From contig NW_021834793.1 of the NCBI RefSeq assembly GCF_006345805.1, forward strand, positions 6,348 to 70,347: a stretch of DNA of 64,000 bases, in the 5' to 3' direction. Below, piece by piece: positions 15,721-28,536 of this stretch (position 1 is the first letter of the stretch; every line of letters starts with the position of its first letter). This stretch comes from Octopus sinensis (Eukaryota). The position numbers and the translations under genes are program-made. The notes below the pieces were generated by a model, which saw only the letters and a list, made by a program, of their open reading frames with translations, had not been told where the DNA came from and did no database searches.

Positions 15721-15897
15721 TCATCATCATCATCATCGTCGTTTAACGTCCGTTCTCCATGCTAGCATGGGTTGGACGGTTCGACCGGGGTTCTGGGAAG
15801 CCAGAAGGCTGCACCAGGCTCCAGTCTAATTTGGCAATGTTTCTACAGCTGGATGCCCTTCCTAACGCCAACCACTCCGTGAGTGTAGTGGGTGCTT
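15721..15897 (-). mobile_element. RTE 3' tail/SINE-like copy
   Basis: (TCA)n then gtttaacgtcc...catgctagcatgggttggacgg...gagtgtagtgggtgc. Confidence 0.8.
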
Positions 15898-16559
15898 AGT
15901 ACCTATGATATTTAGTGGATATAGTAAAATTATGTTCTTTTGAACTTGTATATAAACATATAAATTTATAGAATAAAAATATTGGATTAACTTAATTTAT
16001 TTCCTTCTGTTAAACTAAATAAAACTCTGATACTTTATTTATTTATATATTATTATCATTATTATGTAAAAAAAATTGGTATGGTTTTATAGTAATCATA
16101 ACTCTATACATTTGTTTAACATCAGTATATTTGGTAGTAATATACTGAGTGAATGAATTGTTGATTAAGAAGTTTTTTATTGAACTTAAGTGTCTGAATT
16201 AAATATATCCTTATTTATTTATCTTTTTTCATCATAATATATGGTAATTTTAAATAAAATATATTTCCTACTCCACCATAAATTTTTGATATATTATACA
16301 CTATATAGGTATGGATATTATATTATAAAATGGCCAGTGATTATTTTTGATTAATATCATTGGAGATGCATAAGAACATTTTATGGCCGTTGTATATTTT
16401 CTTTACTTATTTTATCCATTTGAATTTTGTTGTTCTTTTTATTGTATTTATTACGCATTTGAATTATTAACACTCACACTTCTAAACATAGGTATTTTGT
16501 GAATCAGTAGTTTTGTGATTTCGCAGTCCTCACATGGAATTTCATCTGTTTTTTTAACA

Positions 16560-16646
16560 AAAGCCCTGAAGAGGCTTGTATACATAGATGTGAATTTATT
16601 TTATAAATTCACTAGTGTATATGAGTCGAAACATGTTGTTGACTTT
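16560..16646 (+). ncRNA. Type I hammerhead ribozyme with extended helix II
   Basis: aaagcc CTGAAGA ggcttgtataca...gtgaatttat-tt-(t)ataaattcac...tgtatatgagtc GAAA catgttg TT gacttt; one mismatch in helix I. Confidence 0.72.
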
Positions 16647-17179
16647 ATATTTGTTTTTTAAAGATTTGTTGTGTTATATTATATCTTTTTATTGAATATT
16701 ATAAAGTAAAAAAAATTTTTAGTTTGTCAATTATATTTCTCTATTTCATTATATATATATATGTACATACATAGACCTATATATTACACATATACATATG
16801 ATGTGTGTTTGTGCCTCATTGTCTTGACACCATATGATAGTTATAAATGTCTTTCATGCTAGCCATGTCCTTTGTTTCCGGTCTTCTGTGAAAATATGTC
16901 TGGCCATGAGAAATATTACTTTGGTGAGCATTGATGACTGAGAGGGTATTGTACCATAGAAGATCTGCCTCGACAAATGCTGTCCGACCCTTGCCATCAT
17001 GGAAAAGTGATGGCAGTAAGGATGATTTAATTATGATTGCTCTGTTTAAAATGTTGACTTATTACCCATCAGCTGGTATTGATTAGATCTACATACCCTT
17101 GCACCTCAAATTTATGGTCTTGTAACAATTTTGGATACTATCATTATTATTTGTATTATTACTTTTAGAGTTAGGGTAA

Positions 17180-17835
17180 TGGATTGGCAATATGCCTTGC
17201 AAGATTTGGAAATATGCCTTGCAAGATTTGTTCCAACTGTTCTGAGTTCAAATCTTGTTGAAATTGAATTTTGCTTTTCATCCTTTCAGGCTGGGTAAAA
17301 TAAAGTACCAGTCAAGTACTGGAGTTGATGTAATCAAGTAACTCTCTCCCGCGAGAATTGCTGGCTTTGTACCTAAATTAGAAGCAGTTATAACTTTTAG
17401 TATTGCAGATGGTGGAGTATGTAGATTACCAGAAAAAATATCTTGTGGTATTTAATCTGATCCCTTTAGGTTTTGAGTTTCTTTTGAGAGCCAACTTTAT
17501 CATTCATCCTCTTGTAATTAGCAATAGTAAGTATCAGTTAAGAACAGGAATCAATTAAATATAGGAGCAATTTATTCAATGTTCCCTCTCTCTCTAATGT
17601 AAAGCATTGTCACTGGCAGAATCATTAGTATGTTTAACAATCATTAGTATGTTTGGCATTTCTTCTGGCTCTTTACAACCTCAGTTCAAATTCTTCTGAG
17701 GTTGACTTTGCCTTTCATCTTTCTGAAATAAAAATAAATACCAGTCAAGCACTGTGGTTGATGTAATCTACTAACCCCCTACTCCTAAAATTACTGGCCT
17801 TGTGCCAAAATTCGAAGTCATTACTATTATTATTA
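17180..17835 (+). mobile_element. Three degenerate Deu/Nin-domain-type SINE copies
   Basis: Repeated gagttcaaat...gactttgcctttcatc...aagtaccagtcaag...cttgtgccaaaat, (ATT)n tails. Confidence 0.7.
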
Positions 17836-18850
17836 CTTTTGTTGTGCTTTTTATCTGTAGTTTATCTGTAGTTAAATTCTATGTACCCCTCAGTTTAGCT
17901 TTGACTGAACATTACCAGAAATCAAAGGCTTTTCAGCCAACAGCATCCCATCAACTTTTTTTTTAATAGTGAATTTTGTGTTTGTGTGTATATAAATGTT
18001 TCATGTATTTAACAAGACCCTATGTAGAATGTGTGCAGTGTCTAATAATGATATTTCTGAGGAATTATTGCAGATGTTTGATGCCTCTAAACTTTGCAGC
18101 ATTTTTTTTACAACTTATATTTCAGTTATGTTGGGAACAATTTTTGCATTCATTTCCCACATGCTTTATCACTCACTATCTCTAGATCCTAGTATTTCAA
18201 ATGTTTTCCAACATTTTCTTGAGCAATGTTCTGATCTGAATAAATTGCTGATAAAAATTCTTTCCTAACTTTGTCTCTAATAATGATAATCACTGTACAG
18301 TTTGCTCTCATTTCTTTGTCAGTTTGAATAAGCACATCTCAGAATATTGTTGTGGTTCTGTCATTCTTCTTTCACAGTTTTTGGTGTTTATGCCATTTGT
18401 TATCTTTCTTTGGTAATATTTAAATATTACCCAGTGAACATCATTATTTGTTTGATTAGACCTGTATTTTGTGAACTAAAACTTGATAATTTAAGACAGT
18501 GTAGTTAATTATTTCCTGATGTGCAGTACATAATAACTAATTACTGCCTCTTGTTCAGTTGGTTATATTTTTGAATAGTTTTTTCTGAATATTCTATTAA
18601 GTGGTGTAGTTATAAAGTGTTCTGTTTCAGCTTTTAACTAATAGTTAAAATCTTAGACAGAAGACTTCTAATTGGTAAACCATTTTCATCTTTCTTTCAC
18701 TTTTATCTTACTCTTGTTCAGTATTACCAGAGACTGACCTTTTAGGGGTTTAACTCCACTCACACACACACACTTGTACTTAAGTCTTACGTTCTTTAAA
18801 AGCCTGGAAATTATCTCTAAACTCGAATATACTCAAATAAGGAACATGAA

Positions 18851-18909
<59 letters not shown>

Positions 18910-18935
18910 TCTTTGTTTCTTTTCTGTCTTTGCAG

Positions 18936-19025
18936 ATTGCTGAGGAAGTTGCCAAACTTCTCGAGTTGAAAGCGAAGCTTGGAGATGAATCTGGACCAAA
19001 GAAATTTGTCCTCAAGACTCCAAAG
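18936..19025 (+). CDS. HARS1: Histidyl-tRNA synthetase, first exon seen (WHEP C-terminal half + KTPK; equivalent to exon 2)
   Basis: Polypyrimidine tract + ttgcag|, translation IAEEVAKLLELKAKLGDESGPKKFVLKTPK, |gtaagg donor; 90 nt; resembles vertebrate HARS exon 2. Confidence 0.95.
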
Positions 19026-19685
19026 GTAAGGAAAGTAGCTTTTTTTCCCCTGATTACTTTTTCCAAATTGACTTACAGCTTCACAGGTGCAAATAGTAGG
19101 TGTATTAAGGTTAATGTGTGAGATGATAAGTAAATCAACTGAATATGTTTGTGTAATATAACGGATATGTATATATACACTAAAATAAAACCAAAGCTGT
19201 AGAAATTTGAAGATTCATTACCTCTGTTAGCAACAAAGGGTTACTTTTCATCTCTGTATGTGTAAGAAGAATGATACTACATGGTAGTGAGGCTCAAGTA
19301 TAGTATGTAGAGGGCTTGTGGAGACTGAAGAAAAAAGATCTGTTGGATATGATCTGTTATCTTGCCAAAAAATTAGGTCACAGGTGAGTTGGTAAACTAG
19401 CTGGGTATACTATTAGACATCGGGAGAGAACTGTATTGGAATAGAAATGTAATATAAATGGTTAGTGTGAGGTGGGTGAAAATATCCCACCATACTGAGA
19501 CAGAGGGAAGATAGTTGTAAAAACGCAGGAACAAATACTGAGAACAGAATTTAGGATATTGGGTTTCACACGGATGGACAGTATTGTATCATAAAACAAC
19601 TATATGTCAGACTTATCCAAGTACTAACTTAAAAGCTGCACTTTGTGTGGACTTTTATGTTAGCTCTTGCAGATGGCTAATTGGG

Positions 19686-22385
19686 CTTGTGGCTAGTCAT
19701 TAGCGACTTTAGGCTCGAGGCCAGAAGGATACCAAGATACAGACAAATCCAAAAAAGGATTTGGTAGGTAAAGAACCCTTCACATGCTCAGAGATTTAGG
19801 GACATCTTCATCAAGAAATCTGAGAGGGAGGAGGAGCTACAGACATCAGACATTGAAGGTAGCTGGAAATTCCTACAGGACAGCTTGCTGAGTGCCACAG
19901 ACCAAGTCAGTGGATGGTGCAAAGTCCCTTCCAGACCTAGAGTTACATGGTGGTGGAATAGTATGGTAGACAATGCCATTAGAGCAAAGAAACAGGCCTG
20001 GAAAGCCTGGAAGGGTTGGGGTAGCAGGGAACTGTACCTGGAAGTCAAAAGTGAGGCTGGGCAGCAGGTATATATAGCCAAGGGCGAAGCGGAAAAGAAG
20101 AGGTTTGCCAATGTCCAGCGACGTGAGGACCAAAGAACTGAGGTATTTCGTATTGCAAGACAGTGTGTGAGAGAAAATTGTGATGTCACAGGAGAGAAAT
20201 GTGTCTGCATGGATGATGGTGCACATGCTTTTAATGTTTCTGAAAAGAAAGAGGCTTGGAGAAGCTATTATGAAAGACTGCTGAATGTGGAGAATAAATG
20301 GGAGGAGGGAGAGCCTGCCAAATGTTCACCCAGTAGAAGGACCAGCTATCCAAATAAACAGCTCCCTAGTAGATAAAGTAACAAAGGGTATGAAGCCAGG
20401 AAAAGCCCCTGGCCCATCAGGAATCACTGCTGAGATGCTTAAAACATCTGGTGGTGTGGACTATGGCCTAGTCACCCGCATTGTAAACCAGGTAGTTCAT
20501 GATGGAGTCATACCCAATGACTGGCATAGCAGCACCATAGTCTACTGCTACAAGGGTAAAGGTGATGCTCTAGGTAGAAATAACTACAGAGGCTATTTCT
20601 GGATCAGGTGATGAAGGTCATGGAGAGGGTCATAGCCCATCTCATTAGGGAGAGAGACTGCTTAGATGAGATGCAGTCCGGTATTGTGCCGGGTAGAAGC
20701 ACCACTGATGCTATATTCCTGGTTCGACAACTGCAGGAGAAATACCTAGATAAAGATAAACCCCTATACTTAGCTTTTGTGGACTTGGAGAAAGCCTTTG
20801 ACAGAGTCCCCCGATCCCTTATCTGGTGGGCGATGCGGAAACTGGAGATTGATGAATGGTTAATAAGGGCTGTACAGGACCTTTACAGAGAGGCCGTAAG
20901 GTTAGGATTGGCAATGAGTACAGTTAAGAATTCCGGGTAGAAGTAGGGATCCACCAAGGTTCAGCCCTCAGTCCCCTTTTATTCATCATAGTCCTTCAGG
21001 CAATAACAGAGGAATTCAAGACGGGTTGCCCCTGGAAGCTGATGACCTGGCCTTCATAGCAGAATCACTACCGGAACTAGAGAAGAAATTTCATGTGTGG
21101 AAGCCAGGTTTAGAATCAAAAGGCCTTAGAGTCAATGTAGCAAAGACCAAAGTTCTAGTAAGTAGGAAAACAAACTCACCACACACCCCTTCAGGTAGGT
21201 GGCCCTGCTCGATCTGTAGAAAAGGTGTAGGTAGAAACTCCATAAGATGTACCTAGTGTAAGCTATGGACACATAAGAGGTGCAGCAACATCAAAGGAAA
21301 ATTAACCGAGAAGATAGCTTTCATGTGCGGCAGATGCACAGGGGCAATAGACACCATTGATACTCAGAAAACAGATTCATCACACTCCAGGGGGAGAAAC
21401 TAGAAGTAGTTGATAGTTTCCGCTACCTAGGAGACCAAGTTAGTAGTGGGGGTGGATGCTCAGAGAGTGTTACCACTAAAATAAGAATAATCTGGGCAGA
21501 GTTTAGAAAGCTTCTACCCCTACTGGTGACAAAGGATCTCTCGTTCAGAGTGAAAGGTAGATTGTATAACACATGTGTGTGAACTGCCATGCTTCATGGC
21601 AGTGAAACATGGGCCATGACTGCGGAGGACATGCATAGGCTCGAAAGAAATGAAGCTAGCATGATCAGTTGGATGTGTAATGTCAGTGTGCACACATGAC
21701 AGAGTGTAAGCACCCCGAGAGAAATGTTGGACATAAGAAGCATAAGATGTGGCGTGCAAGAGAGATGTTTGCATTGGTATGGTCATGTACTACGGATGGA
21801 TGAGGAGAGATGTGTGAAGAAGTGCCACTACAAAACAGTTGAAGGAATCCGGGGTAGAGGTAGACCTAGGTAGACATGGGATGAGGTAGTCAGGTATGAC
21901 CTTCGAACATTTGGCCTCACAGAAGCAACAACAAAAGACCGAGACCTCTAGAGATATGCTGTGACTGCGAAGACCCGAAAAATGAAGTGAGTTCATGGCT
22001 CACAGGACGGCCTGCTGTGCTTACCTTGGGTCATTGGGTGACCTGGTATGCTTGAGGAGACCTATTGAGTCACGTACATCAACATCAAAATAAAAATCAA
22101 ACAGAAGTTGTTGCTGTGATACCCGAACTGGTGGCACCATCTGAATGTGGCCGATGCCAATGCCGCTTTGACTGGTGCTGATGGAATGTAAGAAGCACCA
22201 ACCGATCATGGCATGTAAAAAGCACCCACTACACTCACGGAGTGGTTGGCATTAGAAAGGGCATCCAGCTGTAGAAACACTGCCAGATCAGACTGCAACC
22301 TGGTGCAGCCCCCTGGCTTTCCAGACCCTGGTCGAACCATCCAACCCATGCTAGCATGGAAAGTGGAAGTTAAATGATGATGATG
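19686..22385 (+). mobile_element. 5'-truncated, disrupted RTE LINE with (GAT)n tail
   Basis: ORFs 19885-21256 with KAPGP, DLEKAFD, WPCSICRKG; same family as 521-3223. Confidence 0.92.
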
Positions 22386-22466
22386 TTGATGTATATATTT
22401 ATATATATTTGTATATTATATATATATATATGTATATTATATATATGTGTATATATGTATATTATA

Positions 22467-22510
<44 letters not shown>

Positions 22511-22571
22511 TACATATATATATATATATACATATATACATATATATATATATATACATATATATATTTAT

Positions 22572-23635
22572 ATGAGGTTGTCAAGAATGTTCTTGGAGTT
22601 TTTAACCTTTAAATTCAGATGCACATAATTCGGCTCAAACGAAACTTTATTAATTGAATTAAACTTCATCAGAATCAACACACTCTTGCTAATGCAAAAC
22701 AAGTTTATTTATGCCAGTAGCGTAAAAATTCTGTGTTCAGGTTGCAATGAAATCGTTGAAGGTGTGTTTGGCATCATCTTGGTTTTTGAAGCATTTCTCA
22801 TGCAGGAAGTTGTCGAGATGCTTGAAAAAAGTGGTAGTTGTTCGACAAAAGGTCTGGTGAGTATGACAGATGAGGTAGAATTTCGTAGCTTAAATCGTTC
22901 AACTTCTGCAGGGTCAGTTTCGCGATGTGCAGCCAAGCATTGTCGTAGAGAAGAATCGGTCCTTTTCTATTGACCCATGCTGGCTGTTGTTGTCGGAGTT
23001 TCTTATGCATTTCATCCATTTGCTAACCATACTTCTCCGCCATAATGGTTTCGCCTGGATCCAAAAAGCTGTGACCACCAAACAGACCATGACCTTCTTT
23101 TGGTGCAACTTTGGCTTCAGGAAGTGCCGTGGATCTTTGTTGGCATTCAACCACTGAGCTGAGCATCACCGGTTGTCATAAAGAATCCTTTTTTCATCGC
23201 AAGTCACAATCCGGTCGAGAAATGGGTCATTCTTGTTGCATAAAAGAAGGGAAGACAACACTTCAAAACAGGGTTTTTTTTTTTGGTTGTCATTCAATTC
23301 ATGCAGTACCCATTTCTCAAGTATTTTTGTTTTTCCAATCTCTTTCAAGTGGTTGAAAATTGTTGTATATGTTACGTCTAATTCAGAAGCAAGCTCTCGA
23401 TCAGTTGTGTGTGGATTGGCTTTCACTAAGATTCTTAGTTGATTGTTGTCAACATCTGATGGCCGACCACTACGCTTATCTTCAAGACTTGTGTCACCAT
23501 TACGAAATTTCATTAGTGGTTCCTGGGCCAAACACATCATTGAAATCGCAAGCTGTTTCAGCAGCTTTTCGGCCTAGCTTCAGCTGCAATAAGAAAATTG
23601 TGCAAATTTGCTTTTTGTCCATGTTGTATTCAACA
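22572..23635 (-). mobile_element. Mariner transposase pseudogene
   Basis: RSGRP, WVLHEL (WVPHEL), IVTCDEK, LYDNA, YSPDL motifs over frameshifted ORFs. Confidence 0.9.
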
Positions 23636-25382
23636 TTCACTGTCACATCCTGGCGTCGCTACCTCGGTAAAGCTTATTACGGCTCAGTTTTTCTGGCCTA
23701 ATATGCGCCAGATGATCACCGATTGGGCATGCTCTTGTGTAAAATGCCAGTGTTCTAAAATCCACAGGCATATTCACGTTCCTCTTGGACAGTTTTTTCC
23801 TCCAGAGACTCACTTTTGCCATGTCCACACTGATCTGGTTGGACCATGGCCTGTCAGCCGTGGTTTCTCTTACATATTAACATGCGTCGATCATTTCTCT
23901 CGTTGGCCAGAGGCCATTCCAATAGTGGACATTTCCGCTGTGTCAGTTGCTCGAGCTTTCACTTCAAACTGGATTGCTTGCTTTGGAGTCCCTGCTAAAA
24001 TAACCACTGATTGTGGACGCCAGTTCAAGGCTTCCCTATTTTGTGAATTATCACGAATCCTAGGAGTTCATCCCATTTGTACGACCAGCTACCACCCAGC
24101 CTCCAACGGGATGGATGCTTTCACAGGAAACTGAAGGTTGCCCTACGTGTCACTTCTGATCCACAGTCTTGGACAGAATTCCTGCCTATCATTCTTCTTG
24201 GTTGTCGCACTGCTGTTAAAACAGACTTAGGTTTCTCCTCTGCTGAACTCCTCTATGGTACTATCCTGGCACTCTCTGGTACAATGTTAGTGCCAGACAA
24301 CTCATTGCCTCCTGATCCAACATCGTATGTCACTCAGACTTTGCTCATATTTCTTGAGTCTTCCACCCATGAATCCGTGTGACCAGTCTATTCCCTCTCG
24401 TGTCCCTCCGGATATTGACAAATGGACTCATGTTTTGTTCGGGATGATTCTGTCAGAGGACCTCTCATTTCTCCTTTTAAGGGACCATTTCATGCGGTAT
24501 CGCACACATACAAAACTTTTAGTCTCAACATCCATGGTCAGGCAGAGACCGTGTCGGTTGACAGACTTAAAAGGGCACATTTTGAGGTGTCCACACCCTT
24601 CAATGACATGCCAAAGACGCCCTCCTTTGATATTTTACAATCACCTACACATCCACCTGCACATGCACCTTTGACCATACCATCACCTACATCTTCACCT
24701 TCGTCGCCACTACTAACATGAATAAACCCTATGTCACCAGGACTGGCTGCACTGTGCATTGGCCCAAAAAACTCACTAAAACTATTTATATCTGACAATC
24801 TCTTTTGTGTTTCCTGCTTTCTTGTGTTACTGGACAGTTCCAATACTCTGCCAATGAACATTTTGCCAAATTTTGTGCATGCTAATTTATATTTCTTGCA
24901 GTTATTATTCTATTTGACTTATCACATTTTTGTACCATATCTTGTTGATTGCAATCAGTTACCATCTTTGCTCTTTCTTGTGCCTGCTCCAATTATTTTG
25001 TTTTTGTACTTCCGCACTCAGGGGGAGCCTTTGTAGCGGCACAAGTAGTCAGCAACATATTGGATGAGATCTTGCGACAGCCATTGCCATCTGGAGCGAG
25101 ACCTCACCTGCATCCATTTGCCATGTGTGAGATCACAAGGCTCGCGATGGAGAAAACTATATAAAGGGAAAACCTTCTTCAAATTTCTTTTCTTCGGCGC
25201 CACAACACACCAGCACTGGCTGAACAACACTACTGGCTGTGGTTTTCTGCCTGTCTATCTCCAGAGGCAATGCACCCACACTATCAGAGCTTAAGATGGT
25301 AGCTGAGAGTAGCACACTTCACCTTTCCTGTAAATAAACCAGTTGTAATTAGCAGTTGTAAATGCCGGAAGCCTGAACTACA
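23636..25382 (+). mobile_element. Ty3/Gypsy retrotransposon 3' part: integrase pseudogene, PPT, 3' LTR
   Basis: H..SHPG..C..CQ zinc motif, DLVGP, RWPEAIP, ITTD.GRQF, TTSYHPASNG, GPY/F-like GPF; purine tract at ~25020. Confidence 0.9.
25032..25382 (+). repeat. LTR (351 bp)
   Basis: TGTAG...CTACA termini right after agggggag; internal TATATAA (~25158) and AATAAA (~25333). Confidence 0.75.
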
Positions 25383-26365
25383 TAAAGAACAAGTAGAATG
25401 AAGGAAGGAGATGATATTCCTCCGATATCATAAACCTTGCCTTCCATTATTAAAAACCTAATAATTACTCCCTCACAACCCTATATCTTTTTCCCATTTG
25501 AAATTCAAGTGACTTCTATAAAATTATATTAACTATTTGTATTTCCTATTCAAGGAATTTTTTTACAACAATTTCTTTAAATATACACTATAATTTATTT
25601 TTATTATATACCACTCATGACTGTCAAATCAAATATAAATTTAAATATAGCTATGCTGTCCCATTGGATGCTTATTTCAGCAAGACTTCCTTTTGTTCCC
25701 GCCAAAACACCCCTTTTTTTATTTAATTTTTTTCTACACAAACCCCTGTTTTCAGCTACGAAGTATACGAATCTGCAAAAAAATTAGCAAAAATCAGCAT
25801 TTTGGAATTACCCCCACCCCATACACAACTAGACTCAACAGTATCTTAGCATCTATTTATTTTTCATAAGGATATTATGTATATCCGAATATCTTATGTG
25901 ACACTCACTAGTCTTCTGTAACAATATAACATTCTTCTTTTGTATTTGTTTTGATGTATTCTTTTTTCGCACTGAGAATAGTAATATGTAATTAATTTAA
26001 TTATAAATTAAATTAATTTCTAATTTTTTCCATGTTATTTACATGTTAATATTACCATTCAAAACAATCATATGCATGGATTAAATTTTTTAAAACCTCT
26101 AACACCTTCTCTTCATCTTTAATTGTTTGTTGAGTTTCTGTGGGATACATGTTCTATAAATGCTCATAACACACCTTTTATATATATATATATATATATA
26201 TAATACAAATGAGAAAATGGAGAAACAAATTTAGTTTGTTCATCATATATATATATATATATATATATAACGGGAAGCTTACGAAAATAAATAAAAGACG
26301 AAGACAGGTGGAGTACAAACAAACAATTGTATTAGTATGGCGCTCAGGAATAGAAATAAAACAAG

Positions 26366-26403
26366 TCTTTTACGTTTCGAGCCTATGCTCTTCAACAGAA
26401 AGA
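26366..26403 (-). ncRNA. Minimal hammerhead variant (38 nt)
   Basis: Minus strand: tcttt CTGTTGAA gagc-atag-gctc GAAA cg TA aaaga; lies in a ~180-bp island between (TA)n tracts. Confidence 0.65.
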
Positions 26404-26444
26404 TACACAGAAAAGAAACACGGAGAGAAACAAGGAGAGAAAAA

Positions 26445-26508
<64 letters not shown>

Positions 26509-26525
26509 ATATGTATGTATGTATG

Positions 26526-26560
<35 letters not shown>

Positions 26561-26573
26561 ATATGTATGTATG

Positions 26574-26616
<43 letters not shown>

Positions 26617-26629
26617 ATATGTATGTATG

Positions 26630-26676
<47 letters not shown>

Positions 26677-26689
26677 ATGTATGCATATA

Positions 26690-26724
<35 letters not shown>

Positions 26725-26725
<1 letters not shown>

Positions 26726-27045
26726 GTGAGGGCGCGTGGCTTAGTGGTTAGGGCATTCGACTCATGATCGTAAGGTTGTGAGTTCGATTCCCGGCGACGC
26801 GTTGTGTCCTTGAGCAAGACACTTTATTTCACGTTGCTCCAGTCCACTCAGCTGGCAAAAATGAGTTGTACTTGTATTTCAAAGGGTCAGCCTTGTCACT
26901 CTCTGTGTCACGCTGATTATCCCCGAGAACTATGTTAAGGGTACACGTGTCTGTGGAATGCTCAGCCATTTGCACGTTAATTTCACGAGCAAGCTGTTCC
27001 GTTGATCGTATCAGCTGGGACCCTCGTCGTCGTAACCGGCGGAGT

Positions 27046-27047
<2 letters not shown>
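26725..27047 (+). mobile_element. tRNA-derived SINE embedded in (TA)n
   Basis: A box tggcttagtgg, B box gagttcgattcc, central gtgtccttgagcaagacacttt domain. Confidence 0.85.
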
Positions 27048-27079
<32 letters not shown>

Positions 27080-27081
<2 letters not shown>

Positions 27082-28033
27082 TTAAGCAATTAAGGGTTTA
27101 GCAACGAATTGCCTCACCACACACCGAATTTAGAAATAGCAGTCAAAGAGTTATAGCTATTCTTTCTACTAAAAGGGAGATCTCAGTAAAAACACAGCAC
27201 TTGAAAGGCAAACACAGACAGGTAAGAGTGAATGAAATGACGGCAATCTATCATACAATTTTAAGTCACCTACGGACGTACGTTTCGAAATCAAGTTTTA
27301 GGAAAGCATGTGGTGAGGCAATTCGTTGCTAAACCCTTAATTGCTTAAGTATTACTTAAATTTTCCTCGAATGAGGCTTTTACATGCCGAAATCTACTTG
27401 GTGTAATTAATAATTATTCCAAATTAATTAATTTCACCCTTTATTGTTACTGATAACCATATTTTATCCCAGTAAATGACCACAGCATCTTGTCTTGGCT
27501 ACACGCGGGTGGAAGGGGGCTGGTGACACAAACTTTCATTCACACTTTGAATTTCGTGGTACTGGTAATGCTTTGGCTCGCTCTGACACTGAGTCGAGAT
27601 AATGCCTTCTAGTATCTCAAAATTTAATATACAATTATTCATAATTGGAGTATCCTACGCTGATGAGAAAAGAAGTTTGGGTAAGGTAGGATTTCCTAAT
27701 TCTTATGCTTTCCTAAAACTTGATTTCGAAACGTACGTCCATAGGCGACTTAAAATTGTATGATAGATTGCCGTCATTTCATTCACTCTTACCTGTCTGT
27801 GTTTGCCTTTCAAGTGCTGTGTTTTTACTGAGATCTCCCTTTTAGTAGAAAGAATAGCTATAACTCTTTGACTGCTATTTCTAAATTCGGTGTGTGGTGA
27901 GGCAATTCGTTGCTAAACCCTTAATTGCTTAAGTATTACTTAAATTTTCCTCGAATGAGGCTTTTACATGCCGAAATCTACTTGGTGTAATTAATAATTA
28001 TTCCAAATTAATTAATTTCACCCTTTATTGTTA

Positions 28034-28039
<6 letters not shown>
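27080..28039 (+). mobile_element. Non-coding PLE pseudo-LTR/retrozyme-like cassette (second family)
   Basis: 27080-27309 is the reverse complement of ~27705-27934; 147-bp direct repeat 27309-27455 / 27893-28039 (period 584); (TA)n flanks. Confidence 0.85.
27654..27745 (+). ncRNA. Type I hammerhead ribozyme
   Basis: cctacg CTGATGA gaaa...tttc GAAA cgtacg TC catagg; palindromic helix III. Confidence 0.85.
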
Positions 28040-28082
<43 letters not shown>

Positions 28083-28416
28083 TTGTATGCACATACACAC
28101 ACACAAATTATCCCCTTATTCGAATATTTTACCTTTACTAGACCCACACATTGGATTTTATTGTGTTACCTGGATTGTCTATTCCAGCAGAATTTCAATT
28201 TTCCTTGAGACTCCAGTTCAAGAGTGTAGATAGACTTGAGCTCCGGTTTAGTGGTGCATTAGAAATTCTCCAATTTTCTACTCTTTTAGGGCTATAATCT
28301 CTGTCTGTCTGTCTGTCTGTCTATCTATCGTTATATACATACACACTTACATACACATATGTATAACCATTAAAAGATTAAACACAGTTTTGCATGAATA
28401 ATATTTCTTTTTGTAG

Positions 28417-28536
28417 GGCACTCGGGATTTTAGTCCTCAGCAGATGACTATCAGAGAAAATGTGTTTGCTACAATTATTGAGTGCTTCAAGCGTCATGGG
28501 GCTGAGACCATTGACACACCCGTCTTTGAATTAAAG
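28417..28536 (+). CDS. HARS1: HisRS exon (motif 1 region)
   Basis: ttgtag|[40 protein letters not shown]|gtgata; 120 nt, phase 0. Confidence 0.96.

Noticed and set aside
17996-18268. 90-aa ORF as a candidate HisRS first exon
   Set aside because: No WHEP similarity, no basic targeting-peptide character and no convincing donor
26728-26800. Possible tRNA gene
   Set aside because: A and B boxes are present but there is no closing acceptor stem or T-run terminator; it continues into a SINE body
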